64,000 nucleotides of DNA. It comes from Mizuhopecten yessoensis. Its lineage: Eukaryota. This document shows, in pieces, positions 27,753 through 38,300 of the stretch; positions within the stretch are counted from its first letter, which is position 1, and each line of letters starts with the position of its first letter. A program made the position numbers and the translations under genes. The stretch is from the NCBI RefSeq assembly GCF_002113885.1, contig NW_018407085.1, forward strand, positions 58,766-122,765. Direction: 5' to 3'. A model generated the notes under the pieces. The model did no database searches, had not been told where the DNA came from, and saw only the letters and a list, made by a program, of their open reading frames with translations.

Positions 27753-29031
27753 TCATGGCTTTAAAATGTCTCTTGCAGCGTTGATTTCAAAATAGCCAGG
27801 GTACTCAGCATAAACGATGCAGCTGATGGTTTTAGACAGTGTACTTCCAAATGTGACTTCCAGTCTGACGTTTCCTTGTTTTAATAAGGTAAGATATTGA
27901 TTTCCTTCAAAAATAGGCTCCAAATTAAATGTGTATAACGAATAACCATTTGAAATGTTCTGCCTATGAATATCTAATCCACAATCGTATAACCATCTTC
28001 CTGTTGTTTTAAACATGTTCCTTAGGACTGGAATGGTGGTCTGACTGGTGGTGGCTTCGTAATCTGTTTTTATGATATTACCTCCTACGGGTATTCCGTC
28101 CACATAGAGACCAATGGATGTTACATTAAATAGTTTGAAGAACCATGGGTTTTGATTGTATGCTCCCGTGATGGCGGTTGCATCGACAAACCCAATGGTT
28201 ACAAAATTTGGTCTCATTCCTTGAAATATGTTATCATATGTAAAACTGGTTCCTCCGGCGGCACACTTTCTGTAAATGGATATTTTGCAGTAGTTGTATG
28301 ACGGCAGGGTTCACTTTGGCTTTAGCGATGCGTAGTCTAATATCTTCAAACTCGATCTTGTAGTTGGGGGTTTGTTCGCCGGAAAGTAAGCAAAACTCTG
28401 GCTTTGATCTGTACATCTTTACATTTACGTTTACTTGATTGAGTAAATATCTATCCATTCTAAATAGATCGTGAAATATGGGGCCTTCCAAATCGACAAC
28501 TTTGCAACCTTCGAATAATTCGGCCCTTTCTAGTAAAGCTAGATTGTTACCCGTTCTCACATCTGTATCATTCATCTCTCCATCATTATTTTCATGCCAT
28601 AACTGTGTTGTTAACTGTGATGTTTTAGCATCATTTCCATATTTCAATAATGTTTGAATGTATGCCTTGCATGCATAGTTAGCAGTTGTAGATATCACGG
28701 TTCTTCCTTGAAGTGTGGCATCCACTTGTGAAAACAGAGCAGGTAACAAAAATTGGACATGTCCAACGTCTTCAGTAGAGCTTATGGCAGCTCCATCCGC
28801 CCTTGTTATCTTTATTTTAGCGTAAACTAGCGAATTTTTCATGTCGATGTATTCCATATTATTTTGACAGGAAACGACGAATTTTATGGGCGAATCTCCA
28901 GCCATTTGTGATATCGGTAGTACGTCTTGATAGTATATGTTTTCAACGGCTGTCTGTGTGGGTGGTAATTCAAAAAGCTCCAGTTGTGAAGGTTGAGCTT
29001 CTCTGAAAAAGACTTTGTTTATTGTAGCCAT
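27753..29031 (-). pseudogene. Major capsid protein (hexon-like double jelly roll), split by frameshifts near 28230-28290
   Basis: SQLELFELPPTQTAVE, LFSQVD, DLFRMDRYLLNQV; shifted-frame AKYPF and DNIFQGMRP lead into ORF 27753-28217 (NPWFFK, GYSLYTFNL, GNVRLEVTF, CIVYAEY). Confidence 0.9.
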
Positions 29032-29477
29032 GATGATAGTAAGTGATTCTTAGTAGATTTCTTACGTTTCTGTGTAGACTTCCGCTTTTGTGTAGGCTTA
29101 CGTTTCTGTGTGAGCTTCCGCTTTTGTATAGGTGTACGTCTCTTAATCTGTTTTCTTGTCTTAGATCTGACTTTTCTTGATGGTTTTCTCTGAGAGGTCT
29201 GTACTCTTTGACGTTTCCTGCTAGAATGTGACGGTGTCAATTTTCTCTTCCTTTTTAATTCTGACTTGACTTGGTTTCGTATCGGTAAGGCTTTCTCTCC
29301 GTCACTGCTATACTTGTCGATGGGAATGATGAATTCAGCCGTGTTGCCTGATATTGCCCCTCCCCTTTGTTTTACATCTTGCATATCTGTATAAGGATTG
29401 ATCTTACCATCCGTAACCTTTCGATAATATTGTAACCACTTACCCACAATGGGCACGTATAAGTTAGAAACATTCAT
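29019..29477 (-). CDS. Basic Lys/Arg-rich putative virion core (DNA-condensing) protein
   Basis: Lies between penton and hexon; LYVP...KWLQYY N-terminus; QRGG; C-terminal half very K/R-rich with TQKRK repeats. Confidence 0.65.
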   Translation of the reverse strand: MNVSNLYVPIVGKWLQYYRKVTDGKINPYTDMQDVKQRGGAISGNTAEFIIPIDKYSSDGEKALPIRNQVKSELKRKRKLTPSHSSRKRQRVQTSQRKPSRKVRSKTRKQIKRRTPIQKRKLTQKRKPTQKRKSTQKRKKSTKNHLLSSWLQ

Positions 29478-29899
29478 CTGTAAAATGGGTAGGCTTTAAA
29501 CTGAAGTGTAATCGTTGATGGTTTCTTCAAGAATGAAGCAACGTTACCGTCACTGTCTTTTATAGATATTTCTATATCTCTGATTTCTGACTTCGCTACA
29601 GGAACGTACTGAGGAGTGTCAAGTGTTTGTCTCCAGCTTGCAACTTTCTGAGCTTTCACCATTCGAAGTAGATTCTGCTTCTCACCGTCGATTATGGATT
29701 CTCCAACAGTATCGCAATGTATGTATAAATTTTCTCTCGACTTTGTATTACTTGTCGTTACACATATGTCAACGAGTGCTACATTCCATGTACCATTCAG
29801 AGTAATGGGTGATTTTAGTTGACAGCGAAAATGGTATGGTTTGTTGTCGGGGAAGTAGTCGAGATTCTTAATACTGTTAATGATCACGTAGTGTGCCAT
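29474..29899 (-). CDS. Minor capsid protein (penton-like single jelly roll)
   Basis: YVIINS...YFPDNKPYHFRCQL...LNGTWNVALVDI, LYIHCD, LLRMV, YVPV...IEISIKD, ITLQFK; intact 141 aa. Confidence 0.85.
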   Translation of the reverse strand: MAHYVIINSIKNLDYFPDNKPYHFRCQLKSPITLNGTWNVALVDICVTTSNTKSRENLYIHCDTVGESIIDGEKQNLLRMVKAQKVASWRQTLDTPQYVPVAKSEIRDIEISIKDSDGNVASFLKKPSTITLQFKAYPFYR

Positions 29900-30717
29900 G
29901 CTAGCTTTCTGTCAATGTCTTCGAATTGGACAAACCACTCGATCTGACCTCCTCTCCTACGTTTGCGTATTTTTTTCTCTATAAACCTTAATGTTTTTTC
30001 ATCTTTTTCAACTCGTTGTAATTCTGACTGATACAAATTTCCTTTGATGGTATCATCTAAAAAGTCTATCAATTGATATAGTGGTATTCCCTGCATTAGA
30101 ACTCTTTTGTGTATCTTGAATATCTCTGAAGACCATTGTTGTTGATAGGCTCGCTTAAACAGCTGTTTCGTGTGTGAAATACGAACTAAATTCCTATCTT
30201 GAATTTTGTTTTGTGTAGTAAAATAATGAATGTCTTTATCAAGACACCAGCGTTTGAACCAGCGGTTATTATATTCTTTGCCTAAGTCTGAATGAATTTT
30301 CTTTGGGATTCTACCTCTCTCGACTACTTTCTTTAAGGCTTCTAATACCTCTTTTGCTGTTTTTGTCATAATAGGTTCGACCCAGAGAAAGCGGCTGAAC
30401 ACATCGATGACCATCAACAAATATCTCACACCTGGGTTATGTTTGGCAAATGACGTCATGTCCAATAAATCGGTGTCATATTGCTCGAACGGTTCTCAAA
30501 CTTCTACACGTGCACGCTTGAATGAACGTTTTACAGGTTTTCGCAGACTGTAGTCGTCAAGACTTTGAATGTATCGTCTGATCTTATATAAACCCGGAGA
30601 GTTAAATCCATGTGATTTCAGTATTTGATGTACTTTTGTTGGACTTAAAAATGTTCCACCGTTATTAAAATTATAATAAATGTCATCCACTCTCTGTTTT
30701 TCTTGCTGCGTCAACAT
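29884..30717 (-). pseudogene. Retroviral-type (rve) integrase with truncated chromodomain-like end
   Basis: Two in-frame ORFs separated by TGA at 30496-30498; YDTDLLDM, YLLMVIDVFSRF, IHSDLGKEY; segment bearing the catalytic Glu missing after FTTQN; WSSEIFKI, GNLYQSELQ, IEKKIRKR...FVQF. Confidence 0.93.
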
Positions 30718-31113
30718 TTTCTGTAAAGAAATATAAATGTGACGTTCAGAAAATGTTAAAATTTAAAAGTATCAATAGAAGCATGCTCGTTTACACACAA
30801 TTTAATTATTTAAATATACATACTGATAAAATGTTATTAAAATTATAATAAATAAGACAAGTTGTACAATCAGTTAACATTTACAATACATTGGTTAACG
30901 AATACATACTTAAGCTGTTGTCTTAAAAGTCTCCACATAAGTGAACAAAAAAGATAAAGGTTACGGTTTTATAAAGCGACTCTCTACACGAGACATAGAT
31001 TGAATCATTTCGTCAATCTTTTTTCTTCTCCATAGTTTTTTCAGTTCAGTATTTCTCCATTCTAAGCTAGACACATTTGTAACATATTTGTTGACAGGGC
31101 TTCTTCAAAATAT

Positions 31114-31332
31114 CTATTCTATTCTGTCTTCACTATCAAGCATGACACAGTCATGTCCTTGCTGGTTAGCTTGACCCTCCACACATCCTGCACATACAAA
31201 CAATTTCGATATGACGTCTTTCACGCTTGATGCATAAGCTAGACATAGTAAGTTTTTCACAATCTTCTTATAATCTTTTTCTTCAATGTGGTTTCTCATA
31301 TATGAATGAAGTCTCTCCTCAAATATATCCAT
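31114..31332 (-). CDS. Small Cys/His protein with CxGCxxxxxNQxxHxC motif; probably continues past the stop through frameshifts
   Basis: CAGCVEGQANQQGHDC; similar motifs recalled from Polinton accessory ORFs. Confidence 0.5.
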   Translation of the reverse strand: MDIFEERLHSYMRNHIEEKDYKKIVKNLLCLAYASSVKDVISKLFVCAGCVEGQANQQGHDCVMLDSEDRIE

Positions 31333-31359
31333 TATAAATTAGCACTATACTGTGTAACC

Positions 31360-31655
31360 TTAGACGTGTAGGGGTATAACCATTTGTAAATACACACAAT
31401 CTGTCGACCACTTTTCAAGTTCGATTTCGACGGAATCGTAGGCTATCCAGGACCTTAACTGTACTCCACACATGAAACAGGTGACTTTATCGCTATGTCT
31501 TGAATAAAAAAAATCCGTTCGTTTGGAGTCTGTCGTATTTGTTGGGGCCAGTCCTTAAACGTTTGTAATCGATCCTCACATTGAATCATGGACTGGTATG
31601 CTGGTCGAATGTGATATGAAGTATGACGGATACAATCTGTTGTAATATCTGACAT
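31360..31655 (-). pseudogene. Single BIR-domain (IAP-like) protein, frameshifted
   Basis: First frame EDRLQTFKDWP; after a shift near 31510, FFYSRHSDKVTCFMCGVQLRSWIAYDSVEIELEKWSTDCVYL, matching BIR consensus with the Zn-ligand His replaced by Leu; stop at 31360-31362. Confidence 0.85.
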
Positions 31656-32173
31656 GTTAATGTATCAAATCACAAACACCTTGTAAACTTTCCGATAGAA
31701 ACGGTATCTTTTAAAATAGTCTCCTGCTATTTGTATACTCTTCCCGTCTTCTTTTTTCACGATGATTTCTTGTGTAATTCCAAGACGACAGTCTTCCTTA
31801 CTCTGTGATATGCTTGTCAGCGTAATATCTTCCTTGATTATATGGTTGATAATCTATTGTGCCATTTGTGGAGACTCTAAATGTTTACCGTATATACACA
31901 TAAGGTTGCATCACTGCTATTTCAACTCACTGTGTATAGAAGTGTGACATAATCCCTCCACACATCTTTTTTTTCCTGGACTGTGTATAGAAGCCTCTTC
32001 ATATGTATAAGGTTATTTTTAAATCTATGTCGCTCTCGCCGTGGACATGTTCGGTCTTGCATGATCCCCTCCACAATTACGGTAAAAACATTTAACCTCC
32101 ACATATATTATGTGATATAATCCTTCACACATTCTTTCCTATTGTGTTGCACATTAATCCCTCCACACATTCC

Positions 32174-32365
32174 ATGGGTTCCCGTCCCCTATTGCGTCAT
32201 ACATGCATATCTAGGTCAAAGGTCTGTTTTACCGGTATCACCTCCACACATTCCACGGGATTTTCCCTCCCCTATTGTGTCATACATGCATACCTAGGTC
32301 AAAAGGTCACCCTCCACACCCCTCCACAAAATGTGTGGAGGAGGCACCGGTAAAACACCACTACT
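32174..32365 (-). repeat. Right TIR of the Polinton
   Basis: Reverse complement of 16306-16496; ends ...cactact then the TSD gaatga. Confidence 0.95.
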
Positions 32366-35300
32366 GAATGACATTATGATATGCAAACCCCCATGGATCT
32401 GTCAGAAGCAGACTATAATGTTTAAAGAGTGTAGGTATAGGTCAGACTTGACCTTGACATACATATATGTAGCAGCTATATTTAAAATTACATTTTATTG
32501 AATTTAAGTGAATAAAACTGGATGAGGGCTTAAAGTCTCTCTATAGGTCCATATGAACAAATGATTAAAAAATAGTTTATAGGAGTGTCAATAACAGCAT
32601 TATTAAACAGTCTTATTGTGTTTTTCACGTATCATAGATTGTTTCTTTAAAATATTCATCAATTAATATTTCACAACGCCCATAATTGTTTGAACAATAA
32701 ACACACGTACAGGTAGATTGTTCAACACATCTACTACCTTAAATGCGTTTCTCCTTAACTGCGTGTTACATCGGTGTTTTTAAACATTTTGTGGGTGTGA
32801 CCTTGATTGAGTTCCTTCATTTATATTAAACGTTAATAGATTGGAAGTGCCTCTGTCATCAAATAATTTGTTAATTATTTCAAAAACGGTTATCCCTTTC
32901 ATCCTGCGGTGCTTCAATATTGGATTTGTAGTACTTTCAGACGCTCTCCGTAGGAAAGTTCGTTCCCTCTTTGAATCATCAAACGATGGTACGACAATAG
33001 CATGTCCTTTATGGCATTCTGTCTTTGTTTATACTCATATTGACACACGAAACTATTTAAAAGAATCAGTACACGTGCCTGATTCCCAAGGCTCTTGGGT
33101 TTGTTCTCGGTGAGTTGGTTCCGTCGGTTTCTCCCTGTTTCTGTTGATAGAACTTCGTCATGCTTTATCATTTGCTGTACGCCGGGGTTCACGCCTCAGA
33201 AATCGTGATCATTTTCAGAACACGACATGCGTGTTGTTTCGCTATCATGTCTGAGTTTCCCTTTGTCGGTGTGTTACGACCATTTGTTACAGTTGTGCCT
33301 GTGGTTCTAATGGACTATTCGTACTAAAAACCTTTTACGTTTTAACCACTTTAACGGTGCTGTGAACAAATGACATGTGTGACAAAATGGCATTTTTAGA
33401 AAACGCATTCTTCTCCGGATCACGTGATTGCACTTTGTTTTATTCGGATTGGATTGTGTTAATGATGTTTTCCGTTTTGTTTCATTCTCCTTAGTTTCCG
33501 CTTTTGCTTCGAACGTTACATGTTACTTTGTCCTTCCTGTTGTGTCGACAGTAGTGATGATTTTCATTATTATTCATCATATTTCACTAAATAAAACGTA
33601 GATCTATAAACTCTAGACACGCATGAATGAAAATTTCAAAGGAATGTCGATGATGAAATACCAAACCAAGGTAACACTAAAACAAGAGTGAAAGTATTAC
33701 TGACGAACCAAGTCCACAATATAACGACGCTCCGTAACGGCACCGTTTCTTATACCGCACGTGGCACCCGTCAGGACGTCTCTGGTCAAATCCGGAATTT
33801 AGATCAGCAGTGATGCTGGACACAGATAGAGTGCATATATGTTATAATGATATATCCTATACAAATCAGGGCATGATGATAAATGTATACACACTATAGC
33901 GTAGAGTAAAGCTTCACTTTAGAAGAGAGCAACGCTTGTTTCTTTAACACCGTATTCACTTATTGAACTTACTCAGTCAATAGGGCATAGACTGGCCCCA
34001 GTTTTACGAGCACGCCTTAATAGAACGAAACCCTACATTTCAAGCTTATCGATAGGAGAGCCTTGCTGAAGGAAAACGAAAATTAAAACCGTACAGAAAT
34101 CCTTTAAGTTGATGAACGCTCCTTAATCTAGGACATTAAATGATACTACGAAGGGAAGGAAAAGGTGATGATCGTTACATTTAAGTCGTAACGTTTGTCA
34201 GTCAGAGACTTTTGTAGTGAGTTTACATTTATCGTAAAACCGTAAGAAAATGCCATTGATTTTTGTCGTGGGGTTACACATATTGTAGACATATTGTAGC
34301 ATAAAGATCCTTAGCGAAGTGACCATTATTGTCAAACTAAGGTAAATATCAGGATAGCAAATAGCTAAGTTTGTTATATCTTTCAACTTCTCGAGGATAA
34401 TTCAGATGCGGGTAACACTCGAAATGTCTGTTAAAGACAAACCATCATCAGACTCGGTATACCTGAAGTGGAATCAAATGTTACAACCTTATACCACAAA
34501 GCTCCCTTTTGGCAGAGAAAAACGAATAACTTCTTAAACTATTGCGTAATTAAGGAAAAACCATGTTTATTTCAGGGCTTATACCGTTAATACGAAACTA
34601 AAACAAAAACGTGCACTTTGCATATTTCGCGAAACCGATTTATGCACTAAAGTGCACACTGTTTTCCTTCCTTTGGTATATACCAAATGACTTCAAAACA
34701 TTATTTATGTTTATTTTTTATGATTTTAGTTTGAAGATACAGACAAAATTTTATAGTTCATAGTTGATGATGAATATTTATTCATTTTCAATAAAAATAA
34801 AAATAAAAAAAGGTATGCACAAAACACAACATTACGGTTCAACTTTATCACTGAGTAACTTCAACCAATCAGAAATTAGAATTACAATCGTATAAATACT
34901 GCGCCAAACGATGCCTTATACAACGTCACTACTTTTTGTATTGTCTTTGTTTTCTAAGCTTTACAATATAACCTGAAAAAGTCCATCAATGGGCAAATAG
35001 CTAAAATGAAACTGTTATGCGATGACTTTAGGGTAATGGTGCAGTGTGCTTGTACAATCGACATGTCAGCAATATGGCTGATCAGTATGACGTCATGAAA
35101 CTCGAATATAGCAACTTCCAAGTACACTGGTCTGAGCTGCATATTAACTTTATATTTTTTCCTATATTAGCAATAAATGTGACCAAAAATAATAAAAGTC
35201 CTTTGCCGGTTTTTTTTTGAGATTCATGAAACCTAGCCTGTAGGATTCATTTTACCCCGACGTAGCCGATACCGAATCCAATAAACACTGACTTATCTCC

Positions 35301-38300
35301 AAGATGTTGATACCAGGGCCTGATCGAAAAGTATTAATTACAATCGCCCACTATAGAACCTGACGCCCATATTCTGGTCAGTCGGAGCTGCTGCTCTATT
35401 CAAAATGAGCAACAGTATCCGTTGATTCTGTTCCCGAGCTTCAATTTGCCTGACAAATCCCTATGCGTGTTGAATGGTCGTGCAGTCTACAATCGCGCGC
35501 CCTCCTTATAAGGTGAGGGGCGTATTCCTGCGATATCTCGTCAGGATCCTCATCAAAATGAGATGACATGTACATTCGGAACTCGGCGAAATCAATTTAC
35601 CAAGTAAATCTTGTTATTACTGCATTTATTCCAATATACGGTGCGATTAATTCGAAACAGAACAGTTCATTCTAAAACTTATCCTCGGCTTACACAGGCA
35701 AACTTGGTCAGACATTGTAGAGAAGGGGAATGTTCGGCATGATAGGAATGTCATCAGATAATGACAAGAGAAAACTCGTTTATTTACAAAGCAACAGACA
35801 CGCTGGAAAACTCTTACCGGTTAATGCAAATTGTCCCTTCTATATTATATCACTTCCTGCATACACGCTGGGAATATGATAGTGACAGTACAAAATCGCG
35901 TGATTACATTCCTGTTACATTTATGATGCTTCAGAAATCTGTAGACATATTTGAATCTATATACAAATGCCAACGGCTTCCGTCCAAAGCGCCAATGGAA
36001 GAAAATTTAAAGCCATGTCGTCAGCAATATGAACCAAAAATCGTCGCTGATATCAAGGTTTGTAAATGACCAGAACTTCATTCTATGCCATAAATGTCAC
36101 TCGTCATAAAGACATTATGATAAATCGTCAGCGCAAAAAATAACCATAAACTCTGCGAATGGCGTACTGTCTAAGTCAAATAGCCTCTAAATACACACCG
36201 ACAGACAAGTATACGTCGAGTTCATATCTAGCTAAAGTTAACTCAGCAATGAAATGACGTCATTTTGCACTACTCTGTCACATAACAATTCTACGAAGTA
36301 TAGGATATCGTTCAGAATATTTCAGTGGAAGTTGGACCGGACACATTCCTTACGCTCGCTAGTATTTTTCTGATGACGACTCTGTCGGTGCCCTCTCGGG
36401 TAATACTAGAAATATAAGCTTAGGTGCGTTCAATGCAAGAACTAAAATGGAACAGTTCCGTGTAGAAACAGCAATGATTGTGTGCGCCAGCTGTGCAAGA
36501 TGCAACTGTACGCCACGCACGTTTGTATTTTCGCTGCAACATTATCCTTTATTTGTACATATCATGGCTTGTTGTACATATTATTAATGATATGTCATTG
36601 AAGGAAATGAAGTTCAGTGGTGATGATATTGTCATGAAAAGTCATGTGATATGCTCTTTTATCACGATACTAACAGCAATAAAAATCGAATTTCAAATAA
36701 CCATGTTATCATCTATGTAATACTTTATAACACCTGCCAGAATCATGATAAATCCATGAATTATCATGGATTAACAGTATAAGGAAATACTTAAGTTAAG
36801 TTTGAAAAAACTACTTGAGAATGGATTTCCACATTTTGGATTCTGCTTTTCACAAAAGAAAATGTCGGCTCTCGTCAGTAGACGACATTAACCGGACCTA
36901 CTATCCTTTTTAAGCTACTCTGTGTAAAACATAGTTCTTGATGAACGAATTATCATAAAATCACATATAGTTTTTTTTATCGTAACCAAATCAAAAACAA
37001 TTTGCAAATGGGGCATCTAATGACGAGCACGTTTCCTTTCTTGATATTTTCCTACGTATGTGTTAACAATTGATGGTATTCCTCCGCGGTATACTTGTAC
37101 TTATATATATTTGTCGGTGTCCGAGGATCTCGAAGATCACTAGAAGCCGATGGGAATATAAGGTATTTAGTCCACTCCTTTAATTATGATCGGTAATAGT
37201 ATTCCAATGATAAACAGTTTAGCATCGCCCGCACGTGGATAAAATCTCGAGTCAACATGGAATGACGGTTCGATTTTATCCGAATGCCCACGATGAGAAA
37301 ATTGTTCTCACGATAAACTCTGTAAATACCATATGATAATCTATAAACACCAAAATATAACGAGATCCGTGTCAACAGGATGTTGTTCAAGCTGACAAAT
37401 CTTTCAGTATTTGGTTTTCTGGTGACATTATGAATTATAATACCGCACATAAAAATGTGCCTAAAATATACTGCATTTTTCCAACTTCATTACGGGGAAT
37501 TCGGTATTGCGGTAACGACTTTTCTCAGTGGCGCGCCTTATGTTAGAGGTTCCTTTATTCCCCGATCATCTGGACACAACAAACAGAGGAGCGTGTAGCA
37601 CGAACGGCAGGCTTTATTGAGATAGTCTGGGACCGTAGGACAGAATTTAAAACTGACTGCATCTAACTCAACAAATAAGCCGACAGGAGCTATCATGGCA
37701 TATCAGTAAACTGTTGACATGTAAGTGTTGACAAACATCTTGCAGACCTTGATCTCAAAATAGATATTAGCACCGAGTCTAGATCTGCCAGCGATGTGGG
37801 CGAACTAAGATACTGTACAGAGCGAACCAATCATTTTACAATGGTTAACGTAACTGGATAGGACCTGACGGACGATTTATAAAGCTGTGTTTGTTGCTTA
37901 TTAGCTACAATATGGAAAAGCTTTTGAAACTATCTAATAAAATAAATAAAAAGAAAACAAAAAAAGAAACAAATCCTAAGAAACAACATTAATTTAAATA
38001 TGAATTAAGATTGTGTAATAATTGATCATTGTTGCTTAGTCCATTTTTTAATGAGGCTGAAAATGTTGATGTGAACATACGTCATTTAAAACATCGTGTT
38101 CTCCTCACGCGCTCCAGTTTTCCGATCATATTTCCTCGTTCGGTACCTCTCTAGCAAAGACAATGAGACAGAGATATATATCAAGTTCCGAATTGACTGA
38201 AGCAGACGACCACAATGGCACGTAAGCCTGATACTTTATTGGTGTGCTTCTGTTATTTCGGTGTAATACGATATTCATTGTCCATGTGGTACGTAGAGAA

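Larger units (their letters stand above)
16306..32365 (-). mobile_element. Polinton/Maverick (adintovirus-like endogenous virus), both ends intact, internally decayed
   Basis: Termini AGTAGT...ACTACT; ~190-bp TIRs; 6-bp TSD GAATGA at 16300-16305 and 32366-32371; PolB, ATPase, protease, hexon, penton and integrase motifs inside. Confidence 0.97.
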
